Positions 42,806 to 56,650 of a DNA stretch of 64,000 nucleotides are shown piece after piece. This DNA comes from Camelus ferus (taxonomy: Eukaryota): the NCBI RefSeq assembly GCF_009834535.1, contig NC_045707.1, forward strand, positions 54,996,001 through 55,060,000, in the 5' to 3' direction. Within the stretch, counting starts at the first letter, position 1. Each line of letters starts with the position of its first letter. Below the pieces are notes generated by a model. The model was given only the letters and a program-made list of their open reading frames with translations, searched no databases and was not told where the DNA came from. The translations under genes were made by a program, and so were the position numbers.

Positions 42806-43849
42806 TTAAAGCATAAAAATACATGTAGGGTAAAGTTCTTTAGAAAAATAAAGTGAAATTTTAAATTTAATGCCTGCAACTATGATTTCAAACAGCAATT
42901 TAGAATTTCTGATTGGCTGAAAAGTTATTTGCATGAATACTTAAATGAATGGTGGTGGATATTTAGTCATATTTGGAGTTTATTGCTTACCTGGAGTGGC
43001 ATTGCAGTAGTTTGTTTTAAAAGTCAATCTATAGAATTCTTTTATAATTATTGAAGCAAGATAAACAATTTCCTATTTCATTTTAAAAATATGTATTTGC
43101 ATTGCTTTTAAAATTGTTTTAGGGAGCAATTGAGAAAGGTAATTGGAAAAATACTGTTAAAATATGCAAATTGAGAAGGACTAAAATAGGTAATAGCATG
43201 ATAAGAAAAGAGTAGACAGATGGGTTTCATATTTGAAGAGAGGACTGAGTAAGACAGAGTAATTGATTGCCAGAAATAGGTTGATGTTGAGTAAAAGAAG
43301 AAGGTGTTCAATTAAAGCTAGGTTTAGAGTCTGAGTAACAAGAATATCAGAAGATTTGAAGTGTCTTGTCAGAAGAAACTTTTAAACTTTTTTCTGGATT
43401 TCTGTTTGGCAGAATCCATCTAAAAAGGTTTGTAGGGGGAGTAAAAATAAAAGATTTTGGGACATGAGTCAGTCAGGTCTTCCAAAGTATTTAACCATTC
43501 GTCTATGCAGGTTAATTTAAGTACCAAGATATCTCAGTAATTAAATATAGTTATTGCAATTAAGGAAAATAAAATCTTTACCTTGATCAACTGAAATGTA
43601 TGATCTGAATTATCTAAAATTTTAACCCACAAGAATCTACTAGCTTAATATTCTCCTTTATCTATCATTACTGTTTTATTTGGTCTAATTGAAAATTTGG
43701 TAGGATCATAAAGATTGCCACTGCTCCTTCCAGCCCCTCAGCTTTTAACAAATTGCCAGTTTACTATTATACATGTGGTTATTAATACTAATACACAAAC
43801 ATACACAGTCACACCCACATCCCTTCAAATTCAGTTTTAGCCAATAGCT

Positions 43850-44320
43850 TTATGTGCTTAAGTCTGCTAAATACTACATTAAGTGCTAAAGAAACAATAT
43901 ATACGTGAATAAAACATGATTCTACAGTTAAACTCTTCACAAACTAGTAGAAAAGATAAACCTAGAACAAAATTCAATAGTGGGGTAATATGAAAAGAAA
44001 TGATTGAACAAGTTCCAGTGTATAGTAGCAGAGGGATCCTCAGGTGTCAGAATTATGTGAAGGAAGGCTTTAAAAACAAGGAGAAGTTAAAGGGACATTT
44101 TAAGAACTGAATTGGAGATTTGCAAAGGAATCCAAAGGAGGAGGAGTATTTTGACTGGGAGAAATTTCATGAAATAACTTGATATGTTTATGCTACTGCT
44201 GAAAATGAAAAAGGTAACCCTGGAGAATAAAATGTGGGCACAGGTAAATGTGGTTGGGAAGAGAGGTTGAGGAAGCAATATAGGATGGAAGTGATGAAGT
44301 CTGCAGAGACCAAACAATGG
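43850..44320 (-). mobile_element. L2 LINE relic, antisense
   Basis: Purine-rich L2-like motifs ('ggaaggcttt...ttttaagaactgaattggagattt'). Confidence 0.45.
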
Positions 44321-46096
44321 ACCTCTTCTGAATACTTAGAAAGTGTCTGCAGTCTTCCCACTACCCATCCTTCACCCACCCCCAGGCTATACATTGAGTC
44401 AGGTCTCCAATGGAAGGGAATTTAGATGTATGCATCTCTTGTTATGTGCCAGCCATATTGTCTCCTGTAATTTTCCTAGCAAGCCTCCTGCATTGAGAAG
44501 GGAAGGTAAGCAGGACAGCAGATCCTGAAGGCATCTGTACACAACACTTATAATTTAACATTTTATCATATTTCTGATGGAGATTCAGTATTTATAACAA
44601 TGAGTGAAACAGCGGACTTGTGTTTCCAAGACATCACTCAAATAGCAGTAGGAGGGTTCATTGGGCAGGTGCTGAGGGCAACTACAGAAGCACATAGTTT
44701 AAGTATCCATACTAATATGATTTCAGAACTTCTAGCTGTTAGCAGATAATAGTTTGTTCAATTTTATTACCATGAAGTAAATCAGATTATGTGTTAGAAG
44801 AAAATAAATCTGCTCTATTTTAGTATTTACTTCTGGTAAGCCATAAGTTAATGTCATGTAGTTAAGTGTGGATTTTGTAAACTAGAAAAAAAGAAGGCCA
44901 TCAATTGAGGAAAGCAGAAGAGTTTGTAAAAAAAAGGATTTTCCAAAAATGTTTAAACTCACTTGGGAATTCTACTTATTATTCTTTTAAAAGATATTGC
45001 TCTACTGTACCCTGCATTATGCTCAGGGAAACCACTGATAAACAGTAATAATAATGACGTAGTAAATTGTCCCTAGTGGATTATTATCCATTCCAGTAAT
45101 GGCTTGAATAACAAGATTAAACTACACAGGAAAGAATAATCAGAAAATATATGCACATATTATATTCTTTATTGTCTCATTTCATATTATTAAATGTTCA
45201 TGTGTTGTGGGTATAATAAAAATGTACTCAAGACAGTGCTATTAAAAACAAACCTGTAATTACAGGAAGGAGAATAAACCCTGAAAGCAGACTCAATAAG
45301 TGAACTTCAAAGTATTTGTAAAGGAAAAAAAAGATCATTTGGGGAATTTTTGAACATGTATATTTCTGGGCCATACACCTAAATTATTAAGAGTTACAAA
45401 CCTCTGGCATAATTTCGCCATGGCTTGGCTTTTTGCACATCTGGATTTAGTTGGTGGCTTGAGTAACATGGACTTTTTTCAACACAGTCTATATTTGGTT
45501 TCAGGATTTTGTGTTAAGAACATTTGAAGGGCTGGGGAATATTCCTTGAAATGTAGGTTTTGGCATGAAAGATTACCATAGATAGCCTTCTGTATTTCCA
45601 TACAGGAAAACTAGCAATACATAAATATTCAAATATTTGGAAAGCCAACAATATAAAAGTCATGATGCTTATTTGATCCGCCAATCTGCTTTTTAAAGGA
45701 AAGAGATGGGAAAGGTAATTAAAGGTTAACACTATAATTATTCTACAAATGTAGTCAGAATTTGGATTCATGGACCTTATCTTACAGTCAAGGAGATGAA
45801 GTGAATAAATTGATGTGTAAAATGCTGAGAAACACTCCCAGAGCATTCCCAGTGGTATATATTGAAAACAAAGGTATACTCAATAATTAATATGCACCAG
45901 TTAGCTTCAAAATGGAAATAACTATTTATGGTCTGAAACAGATCCCATACTCCATTATAATTCCCATTTTATAAGTGGTAAAGTATAGTGAATGTTACTG
46001 TTCTGCTCAGAAAGCGGCATTCAAAACATTTTGGTATGTTAAAATATATGCTCTCTTTGTCCTCTTTTCTAGAATTCATTTTCCATGTGGATTGGA

Positions 46097-46278
46097 GTTA
46101 TCAAAGCAAAAATTGCACTGGACAGAATTATAGAGGTAAAAAAGATTTTATTCAAGGCTATTCCAATAGGGGAAAGAGACCAGAGAACAGTTCAAACTCA
46201 AGTCCACTGGGAAAAGAATGGAGGAATTTTTAAAAGGGGGAATGGGGAGTGATCATGGGTCATCTGTGCTTGCTAATA
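46097..46278 (-). mobile_element. ERV1 LTR fragment (MER31/MER67-like)
   Basis: 'aaaattgcactggacag...ttttattcaaggctattccaataggggaaagaga...catctgtgcttgctaat'. Confidence 0.65.
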
Positions 46279-46889
46279 GAAGGCGTCTCTTAATTGTGCA
46301 TAAATTTTGACTTAGTAATTGAGTTTCTGATACTTTATTCTTTTAAGACAATCCAAAAAGCACATATTTTTGCATATCAATATTTAATGTAGCATTATTT
46401 ATGATAGTGCAACCCTGGAAACACCGAAAAAGTACAATGCAAGAAAATTGGTAAATGAAGTGTTCTATCCAAGTGAGGGCACACTATGTAAAAATTCAAT
46501 GGTGTTTGAGGAGTGTCTTTATTAACACAGAATAATACTTATGGTATTAATCAGATAAGAAACTATGCAGATTATGTACATATTTATATTGAGTCTGTAT
46601 TTGTTTTTGAAAAAATATGGCATATAATAGAAAATCTAGACTTACATGGTGTAAAGATTTACCAATTTCTATTTATGAATTTTGGAATCAGGGTGGTGTA
46701 TTCCATTATTTGTGTATTGTCTAATTTTCAAAAATAAGTAAGTCATTTGTATAATCAAAATGATGAGAAAAGTAGAGAATAAAAGGGAGAGAAAGAATAT
46801 GACTGAGAGGCATTGGAAAATAAGAAACATTTGAAACTTTAGCAAAATGAGGTTGAAATGATGATTGGATTCATGGAAAATTAGTATTG

Positions 46890-47470
46890 TATTAGTAATG
46901 GATTGTTCATTTAGGGTTCTCTTACAACAAATAGAGAAAGTCAACTCTCACTTATGCAAATCTTAATAACACAATTACAATATGTACATATATGATATAT
47001 AATTATATACTAATTTCAAATGTAATTATAAAATACGTATACTAATACTTATTAGATGAAGACATGCTTGTGGCTAGATAAGTGAAATATGTATTCAAAT
47101 ACTTGGATTCAGTCATGATTGAAGTAGGATCATCAGGCCCATCACTTGGTTTTATTTGCTTTTGTGTTGTCTGTATTTTCTGGGAGAACCCAACTTTGGT
47201 ATACACTGAGTTATGTTTTTCTATTTCTTAACAAATTAATATCCGAGTAGCTGGAGGCATGTCCTACCACGATGTGTATATTCAAAGTGATCGAGCATCT
47301 TGGCCAGAAGATGTGATTTTCTAATTGGGCAAGTTCAGGTTGAAGTCCTTTCAGCACTTCAGTTATATGGAGTGAGTCAAGGAAAGATAGTTCTCCAGAT
47401 AAAAATCAGGGTGCTATTTAGTACATATGAAAGAATTCTGTGTATGAAAAGAATCAGGTGGCCGCTAAAA
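46890..47470 (-). mobile_element. Old MaLR LTR (MLT1K/L-like)
   Basis: 'ctaattgggcaagttcagg...gttctccagataaaaatcagggtgct' reverse MLT1 motifs. Confidence 0.45.
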
Positions 47471-48019
47471 ATATGGATTGTACAGGTGTAAGTTGGAGAT
47501 TGTAACTATATGAGCTAGATAGAAAATTCCTGTCATGATTATAATTACTATACAAATCAATGTAAATGATATGGATTAATGGAGAAACATTAGTGATATT
47601 ATTTATTACAATGTAATTTAAAATGTGTTGACTATGTAGAAAGACATTAATTGAAGGAAAGTGTGACAATAGCACAGTAATTCTGTAATTAAAACGCAAG
47701 TGAAATGATGTTTTTATATTAGTTCACAAGATTTATGTGTACTTTCATATGAGTTCTGTGAAAAATACTTCATTCAACTAAAGTTTAACCTTATCTTTTT
47801 GGAAAAGACAGTTATAGAAAATAATGAATAAGCACAAATGTACAGAACTAAAGGAGAATTATTTTAAAAGAACTGTCATTTACAGTTGGAAATTTTCTGA
47901 GTCAACAGACATTTCTAAAATTCGTTAAGTCGTAGCACATCATATACTCTTTGCACCCTGCCTGATAATTTGTAAATAGAAGTAAAGATGCAGAAAAGTA
48001 CTGCTTTTGAGAAGCCAAG

Positions 48020-48112
48020 TTCAGAGTGAGACTGCTTAAGTTTGAATCTCAGCTTTATCATTTACCGTTGGTGACTTAATCTCTCTGTGATTCAGTTTTT
48101 TTATCTGAAAGC
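48020..48112 (+). mobile_element. MIR fragment
   Basis: 'gtttgaatctcagct...gacttaatctctctgtgattcagttttttatctgaaa'. Confidence 0.65.
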
Positions 48113-49413
48113 AGGACTTAATTCAGGACTTAAATTCAGGAATTCATACACACAAACACACACACGTACATTTATGTACAGATTAACATAACTGTGTCTG
48201 ACATATATAAAGCATTTCAAAATTATTAGACATTGTTAATAAAAATCAATCATATTAGATATTATTAATATTTAGAAGCACAGCTGTTTTGTAACAAAAC
48301 TGAATGTTTTATATGAAAAATAATTATACATGGTGATGTATATTCAAGTTAAATTTGGTTTGCTTACAGGAAATTTATAGTATGAACATTAAAATTGTCC
48401 TTTTTGGAAAAATATAATTTTCTTCTGAAATAATCAGGCAGACCACCATCGTGCACATCATTGAGCTGTAATCACAACAAAACTCCAACAGTCATAGAAC
48501 AATTGAAAGCAGTTTCCTATAATCATCATTATTTAGAAAAGAAATGTCTTCTATTTTTATAGGACATCTATTTTGTGCTTGTATATTTGTCTACCTCATA
48601 ACATTTTAAAAATTTTATCTCATTATTCAGAAATTACATCTTGTTGCTTTGAAAAACCAGTAATTTGCCTACCTCTAGTAGGGGAAATGGAACTATTCCA
48701 GGACCTATAAACATGAAGGAAAAACACACATAGACATATCTAATATATGCTTACAGAAATTTTTGGGAAACCATGAGAGTGGTTGAAGAGTTTGGGGGTG
48801 GGGGTGGGGATAAAAATTTGAATAGAAAAACAAAAAGAAATCGAAGAAAAACAACCTGAAATGTTTTTGTCAGTTTTTTTTAAAATCTCCTCACTGATCA
48901 GCATCAAATGTTGAACATAGTCTTTTGAGAATCTCTACCAGAATCTTGTGTTGAAAATCCTGTATATATAATTTGACCACTTAATTAATCTATTGGCAAG
49001 TAATCATACAGTAAACACTAAATTTAAAAAATAGTATCAACAGACTTTTGATACTAATAGATTTAGTAGATTCAGATCAAAACAGATTTTTTACAATAAT
49101 TGCAACCAGGTTCTGAGCAATAGGTGATATTAAATAACCATATAATGCATTTGGAAATACTCAAAGTAATTAGATATTTCAGTACATTTAAGCATGTTGA
49201 TGTGCCTTTTTGAAAGCATTCCTTAGAACAAAGTGTCTTTAACAGAGTAGGTAATCAAAAATATGGTTTGACCAAAAATATGATTCACAAGTTTAAAGCT
49301 TGTCATCTACTGTAGTATATAGGGATGGTTGACTATCCTGGAAATTAGTTCCAATTAATCAGTAGGGGGGTGCTGTGAAGTTGGACTAGAGTATTTGCAT
49401 ATTTTATGACTCA

Positions 49414-49620
49414 CAATAGTGTGCTAGAGCTAACTTGTATTTTCCTTTGAGAGTGATTTTGTCCCAACTTTGTGTTTAGGAACAACATATTGGTAGCTTG
49501 AAATTGGCCATGGTGGGAGTACTAAACAATATGGAAATCAGCAAACAGTATAAAACAGGGCTTTCTTTATTCTTCCTCCAGAGAGAGAGCCTGATGTTCA
49601 ACATTTACCAGCAGACTGCT
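49414..49620. mobile_element. MER63 hAT-Blackjack DNA transposon
   Basis: Decayed TIRs 'caatagtgtgctag' and 'catttaccagcagact'; internal 'ggtagcttgaaattggccatggtgggagta'. Confidence 0.85.
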
Positions 49621-50639
49621 CATATCTCCTCTAGTTGAAAAATGGCCTCACTTCTTTGGGAAAATTCAGGACACTGAGTCTTTTCTCTCTAAACTGTGGG
49701 TAATCTGAAGTATACAGAAAGTACTGCCACCACTGGAGAAGTGACTGATGCACCATACATGTGTGGAGGCCACCAAACTTCCCCAAAACAAAGCAAACAA
49801 ACTAATAAGGAATCAAAAAGACAAGCTATAAGCACTGTATTTCCGTGTTTTTACACTCCCTAAGGAGAGCTAACTAGATTTTTCAATCAGTTTCAGAGAC
49901 AGTAAGAACACTATTTCTCAGAAAAGCAAAATATGATGAAAATAAGGACAGTTTGAAATGGTGGCTTAAGAAAAAGTAGAGACAATGTCAGACTATATCC
50001 AGGACCTGTTTAATGAGTGTTACACTTCATGTGGCCTTTCCCTTTGCGTGAATCAGTCCTGAGATGTCATTGTGAGTATTTATTTCCTACAAAGTAAGAT
50101 ATTGAGACTGAACGTCTCAGGCTAAAGCAGTGTGGCACACAGAGAAAAGTGAGCTGTTCCAAACAGCATTAGGATGAGACCCTGGCAAGACTCAAAGTGA
50201 AGGTATCTTTCAGTCATGTCGTAAATAAAATATCATCAGAAAGATAAGGAGTTTACTTTTTAAATGAAAAGATGTCACGTTAACAAAATCAGTGAGCAGC
50301 ACATCCAGGTCCTTTTGCAGGCCAAGTCACTTGATGTTTGGCATCTGGTATTAACAGGATTAATAGGTGATTCCATAGATACGTGGAAAATGATAGACAA
50401 CACTTGGAATATTTTTATCATTAATCTGTTTCTAAATGATTGGTTCCGCCAGAAACTTAACACTCATGTGGGCTTTGTGTCATGGCTATGATATTACCAT
50501 GCTCAGTCTTATTCTCCTGAAGGGCGACAGGTCTGTACTTCTACTCTGCTTCCCTTACTTTCTTTCCAGAGTACTTCAATTGTGGTTTTTGAAAAAGGAG
50601 CAGTTGTAGGAGGTAAATTTCAAGGGCAGGTGAGTACTG

Positions 50640-51170
50640 TAGAGAGGAACTACAGCTTCTAGAAAACTGTGCCACAATAATTATTTTGATAGAGGATATT
50701 TACTACAAAAAACTGTACAACCACTGAGAAAATAAACCAAAATGGAATTACAAAGGCAACCCCGAGATAGTAATCTCAAAGACCTGCCACCATCCTGAGG
50801 AAAGAGGTTGGAGTTATTAGTTCTTAGAATATTGGAATGAGGGACAGGCAGCCCTGCACTTAAACTTTGGAGAAGTGCACATGGCTCAACTTGTGCCAAA
50901 TCCTCAGGGCTATCTGGAGGGGCCAAACAAGCTGGTTTTGCAGGTCACAGCTGCCAGGGTGAAGAGCTGGTGCTGCAATGACACTGTCAAGAAGCAGGAG
51001 CAAACAGGTGGGAGCAATCTCTTCTCCCTCCAGATTTCCAAATCCCCTCCAGCATCCCATTTGGCAGAGACTAACAAAGAGCCAGCTGGCAAAGTGGAAT
51101 GGGGATTTAGAATCCCAGCCCTCGCCTCAGAGAGCAGTGGAGAGTAGAATGAGTTTGAAGCTGAGATAAA
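50640..51170 (-). mobile_element. Ancient LTR78/78B-like element
   Basis: 'ggcagagactaacaaagagccagctggcaaag...cccagccc...tttgaagctgaga'; explains the overlapping short ORFs here. Confidence 0.6.
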
Positions 51171-51796
51171 GCTGGAACGTAGTCCTGATCAGCAGAAATA
51201 CAGGACCTACTTTATCTATAGACTCAGGAGCAATAATCTATGGTGGATATTTTAAGTTAATAAAATTTATAGTGCTCTGTTGTACAGCAAAGATAACTAA
51301 TGCACTACTGTTCTGGTTAAAATGCTATCTTCAAACCTGAAGAATTCAGGGATTATTTTCTCCATGATTTTTTTTTATTAAACAAACAACTGGAGAATAC
51401 ATTTCATTACTACCTTGTGATAAATGGAAAAGATACAAAGAGCACTGACTCCATATAAAAGCACAACTAGGGCCAAAACAACTATGGAAATTCTTATTAC
51501 AGAACAGAATGTTAACATTTTAAACCATAAAAATGTAGACTAATTATACATATCCAAAGAGTGGAGATAACGAGGATTATGGTGGATGTATACTGAATAC
51601 ATGCCTGTCACTTCTGACAAAACTGTACTCAGTGTTTTTTGCAGCCACATCACCCTCTTTTCCATGTCAAGGGACAGTTAATCCTGCTCTCAACTTCAGA
51701 GTAACCACTGATAGCTTTGTATCATCAACATACCCCTTTTTCCTCTTTGTAGTTATTTTATTGGCTCAGGTATGAACACACCATTCATTTTAGAGG

Positions 51797-52005
51797 CAGG
51801 TTTCTCAACCTTAACGCTCCTGGCATTTTAAGCTAGATAATTCTTGGTTGTGGAGGACTGTTTTGCACCTTGAGGGATGTCGAGCAACATCCCTGGCCTC
51901 TATTTTCTAGCTTCCAGTAGCATGTACCCACCCCTTCCCAGCTGTGACAAGCAGAAAGGTGTCTAGATATTGCCAAGTATCCTCAGTGCCCCTAGTTGAA
52001 AACCA
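51797..52005. mobile_element. MER20 hAT-Charlie DNA transposon
   Basis: 'caggtttctcaacct...gataattcttggttgtgg...gcaacatccctggcctcta...tgtgacaagcagaaa...gttgaaaacca'. Confidence 0.9.
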
Positions 52006-52674
52006 AAAGAAAAAAACAGACTATATATATATACACACATAATGACATATATATATATATATATTTAATTGTGGGAATAAAGAAGCTTTAAAAAATGGGA
52101 AACTTGGGGGAGGGAGGGTCTGATAACCTACTTACCCTCATAGTTGTGTGGATACTTTTCCTACACCTGTGCCAAGTTACTTCTCATTAATTTAATTTTC
52201 TAATATCTTTTATAAGGTAATAGATTTATTTTTAACCTAGTCTAGTTTATTATAAATTTTATTTATGGGATTTATTTCTACATGTATGCTTTGAAAATTT
52301 CTAGTGAATCTGAGACCCTATCCATTTTACTCTATTAATATGTAATTGATGTTATCGCTCTACTTTTTTTCCTGGCATCTTTTCTTCCACTCCCAAATTA
52401 ATGTGGTTAGCGTGGAAGCAGGCATACTTAAAATTGACCAAAGACAACTTAGAGTCTCTTCATTGGGAATTTATCTCTGGAAATTAAATTCTTTCTTGGC
52501 GACAGGTAGAAAAACTCAGATCCTCCCAATAGCCATACTTGTGTGCACTTGAGTGTTTTCCTTCTGGGTCATACCACCAAAGGAAGAGTTGTGCTGCCAG
52601 CAAGTAACGGAAGAATAAACCAGATATTTAGAAAGTGACAGAGATGAGATAAAGAATAGAAATATTGCTGATGT

Positions 52675-53539
52675 CAGGGCTTGCTACATACTTTGTGGGG
52701 CCCAGTGCTAATGAAAAAAAAAAGTCTGTTAGAGGTACTGAAATTTAAAACATTCCCCCTGTCTTTTGTGGTCCCTTTCTTGACCCGTCGAAGTGTTTTT
52801 AATTACTTCATCATGCTATGCCTCCTTGAAAATGCAGGGCAAGTGCATACCCTCAGAAGCACCCATTGATGTGTGCATGCCCTGGATTCCCCTGTGTACC
52901 CTCCCGTCTCACCAACTCAACCACCAGATAAGGATGCTGTGACCCAGCCAGGAAAAGGAAATTTTTCCCATTAGCCAATCACCCCAACCCACAGTGTCAG
53001 AAGACCCCCAAGGGTTTGTGATCTCTGCCCCAGAACACATTCAGTACCAGAATTATGGGTGTGTGACAATATCAACCTGCCAAGTTGTCTGATGAATGTG
53101 CCATGGCTTTTCCAGACTGGGCTGGGGATGGCTGTGTCCTCTGCTGCATTCCCAGCTCGACTTGTGCTCAGGCTCCTGGTATTGCTGGGTGAGTCAGGGG
53201 TAGGGGCAGTGCAGGGACCAAGGCTTTGGAGGACAGGTACAGCAGGGACCAGTGGGCAGCTGAGAGGCAGTATGGGCTGGGCAGGCTAGGGTTCCAGAGG
53301 ACAGGGAAACAGGCAGCCTGGGCAGAGGAGAGGCAGTTAGAGGCAGGCTTACCCTGGTGCCTATGCTCCCTAGCCCTGACATGCTCCATTGTCCTAGTGA
53401 AGTTCACTTACAAAATATAATTTCAAAGATAAATGTTTGATGATTTCAAGATTAACCACAGAATATTAACTTTTAGGCACCCGTCTTTCTCAGTGAGAGT
53501 CTCTGAGTGACTGGTTATAAGCTCATGAATCAGACCCTG
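52675..53539 (-). mobile_element. MER45B/C hAT-Tip100 DNA transposon
   Basis: Ends 'cagggcttgctacatactttgtggggcccagtgc' and 'ctcatgaatcagaccctg' match the recalled MER45 termini; GC-rich interior. Confidence 0.85.
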
Positions 53540-55689
53540 GTAGGTATTATAATCTCTATTTCAGTTTATTCCTGAGATTTAGCTGGACCCATGTCCTTAG
53601 ATTTTTGGAGACATCCATGTGTCCTTACAACTTACTGTCATTTTTTTGCTTAAGGTAGCCAGGGTGAAAATAATTTATTTTTCATTAGAACTGCATTCTT
53701 TTCATTGACTTATTTCTCTCCCATCTCTTCTTCAGCCTTTTTACTGTCCCCATCTTTCCACATTACTCCCTCTCTGTAACTTTCCCTCTCATTCTCATTT
53801 AAATCATTAGTCCTGGAATTTATTGTGAGAGATATCGTCATGAAACACCTACTATGACCCTGATTCCATGACTGATACGGAAGAAATAAAGTTATCTCAG
53901 AGAAGCATCTCTCCCTTCATCTCAAGCTATTGCAACATCTCTTCATGTTAAAGGATAAACAAAAAATGCTTAAGAAATTAATTTGGGCTAGTCTCTTGTT
54001 TCAGAATTCACAAGGACAACTTCTAATTATTTTCATCAATTTAACTTTTAATTAATTAAAATGACTAAGAAGCCCTAATACTAACAACCCTCTAGACTTT
54101 AAGAATAATTTGTTCCATTTGTTTACCTTTGAGTAAATCAATATGAAAATGATTTAAAAAATTGTAAACAATAGAAAAATGGCATTCATGGCAAAATGAA
54201 GCATGTCAGAGCTGAAAAATCTGTAGGTAGAAATATCATCTTTCTCTGAAATAGTTCCTGCTTCTTCTTAAGTCAAATTTGTATATGAACTTCCTCCGAA
54301 CGAAGGGCATTAATATTCAAAGTGCTAGGGAATAAAAGGCAGTTTAGAATTTTGCTTTAAACAAAAATCCTATCTAGTAAATTTAATATGCTTAGGCCAC
54401 AGAATATATTATTCATTCTTAAATAACTCCCAGAGTATCCACACATTAATTCAATTGGGGCTCTTTCAGTAAAGGCAGTTCCTGTTAACATGTTAACATT
54501 CATAAAAAAAAGATGGCTTTTAGATGCACATTTTAGAATAAATTGGAAGAGTACTATTTGTAGGCTCAAAAAAAGAGTTACTGCTGTAATTTCTACCATA
54601 ATTCTAAAACGCTTTTCTTTTAGTAAATGCAAATATTGATGTGCTTTGTGACCTAGAAAAAGACTCAGAGAGATAAATACTATAAACCAGAAACCAGGAA
54701 AGCATTGTCTCTAATAAACAATGCATCTATTCAAAGCTCTTGTTTTGTATTACTTCCCATTCTTGTTAATTTGAAGTTTACCAAATATGCAGACACTTTT
54801 GTCTGTCCAGTGATTTACCTTTATAGTTTTCCACTCTATTTTTAGGTAGCTTTAAAACATACAACTCTCTAGATCCATGCTAAAAGGATACAAGTATAGT
54901 AATTTTTACTTTATATTTTTAAAGAAAAAGAACTTAGTCTTCACTAAAACACTATTATAACTGCAATTTTTATTCCCTTGGCATCCTTCTTCTTTCAAGA
55001 TACAGCTTTTTAAATAGCCCTTCTCTTTTGTGTATTTATAAGCCCTTTCTCCCTACTGACATTTTTTTTTCTCAGGAAATAAACATTTGCCTGTTTTCCT
55101 TATATTAAGTAAGGGTTCAGATGGGTCAGAGAACCTTTAGAAAGCTGCCACAATTGAACACACTATTTACCAACAAAAGTCTTAATGCCAATAGAGTAGT
55201 CAATGTTTGTCTTAAATCCCTCACTTCTACTACATCTCCTACAACTGCTATCATTCTACTCTAATTAGATTTTCCAAATATAGCTAGTGACCAAATTGCC
55301 ATACTTCATTTCAGTCCACATCTTGCTTTAAACTATTTGTTAGTTTAAAAGTTCCTTCTCAGAGAAAGAAAGAGAGAGCAAGAGAGAAAGAAGAAAAAAA
55401 TAATATATATATATGTATATCTTACCTTAGTTTCAAAAATAACATTGATCTTGTTCTCCTTTAGTGAATTTGACCACTATAAAATTATTTTTCACAGTTT
55501 TGCTTACTTTGCCTGATTTAAATTTTAATGAAAGATTTTTCCCTACACCTTCTCTTCTCATCTTATATAGTATCTTTGGACAACCTACTTTATTCCTGTA
55601 ATTTCAAGTGGTAACCAATGAAGTGAAGCCTTTTTATATGTGTTCTTTAAAAGACTGAGGCATTTACCTTCTATTCTGAATTTTGAGTA

Positions 55690-56060
55690 TTTTTTTAAAT
55701 ATACATTGTTGTTAAATTTTGACAGATTTTCTTTCTGCATCTATTGAGATGATCTTTTAAAAATTTTTTTAATTTTTTATTCTGTTAATATTGACTGATT
55801 TTCAAATGTACATTTACTTCAACCTGTTTTACACCTTATTTTTTCAGAAGCTAAATTTACCTTACATACTGAGATAAATTCAACTTGGCCATGATGTATT
55901 ATCCTTTTTATATATTGTTGAATTAGATTTGCTAAAACTGTATTACTAATTTTTGTAACTATGTTCATGAGGATATGGTTCTGTAGTTTTCTAATTTCTT
56001 TGTTTTTTAGTATTAGGGTAATGCTGGCCTCATGGAATGAGTTTTGAAGGATTCTCTTAT
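55690..56060 (-). mobile_element. L1M ORF2 fragment, antisense
   Basis: 'ttctgcatctattgagatgatc...aacttggccatgatgtattatcc...agggtaatgctggcctcatggaatgagtt'. Confidence 0.85.
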
Positions 56061-56289
56061 CCTATTGCCATTTAATTTATCTCTCTACTTCTCTTGACAC
56101 TCTTTGGCTTTTTGCTTGTATAACATCCAAATAGATTCAATTAAAAATGTAAGTCAGATCATGTCCTATGCTTTAATACTAAGTGAGTGCTCACTACACT
56201 TGTATCAAAAAAATCATCAGACTGCCATTTCCAAAGGCTCATTTCTTTGCAAGAATAATGTCTATAACCCTGCTTCTGAAAACTGTGGA

Positions 56290-56650
56290 AGCGTAATGAT
56301 TCAGTTGCAGAGAAGAGAAAGTATTCTTGTAGGAATGACTATAATCAGGTTCTAGGTGGCTTAATAAATCATTTGGAGACCTGGAATGGTAGGTTCTAAG
56401 CCACGCTTTCTGCAATAGTTCTGAGCCTCTGGGGTCATGTTGTTACAACCATGCTTGAGCAAACTGTCACTAAGGCCTCAGGAAACTGCCACTTCAGGAA
56501 GCTTGCAGTTTGTATCAATAAATGGATACTTTGCACCAAGCTTCTCTTTTCTACTTAATTCAGTTTTGAATTTAAAATGCAGTTGTATATTAGTTTGTAG
56601 AATCTCAATCATTCAGAAACTACTGAGCTGCAGGGGAGTTTAGAAATCAA
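56290..56650 (-). mobile_element. Very old MaLR LTR (MLT1M/N/O-like)
   Basis: Start 'gattcagttgcagagaagagaa' and end 'gagctgcaggggagtttagaaa' resemble the reverse old-MLT1 consensus. Confidence 0.4.

Noticed and set aside
49358..49377. CTCF-like motif
   Set aside because: The G-run length and core mismatches do not fit the consensus
50681..51169. Five overlapping ORFs
   Set aside because: They fall in an LTR78-like relic and show no recognisable protein similarity
53059..53420. GC-rich cluster of overlapping ORFs that could be an exon or CpG island
   Set aside because: It lies inside the MER45 transposon and is CpG-depleted
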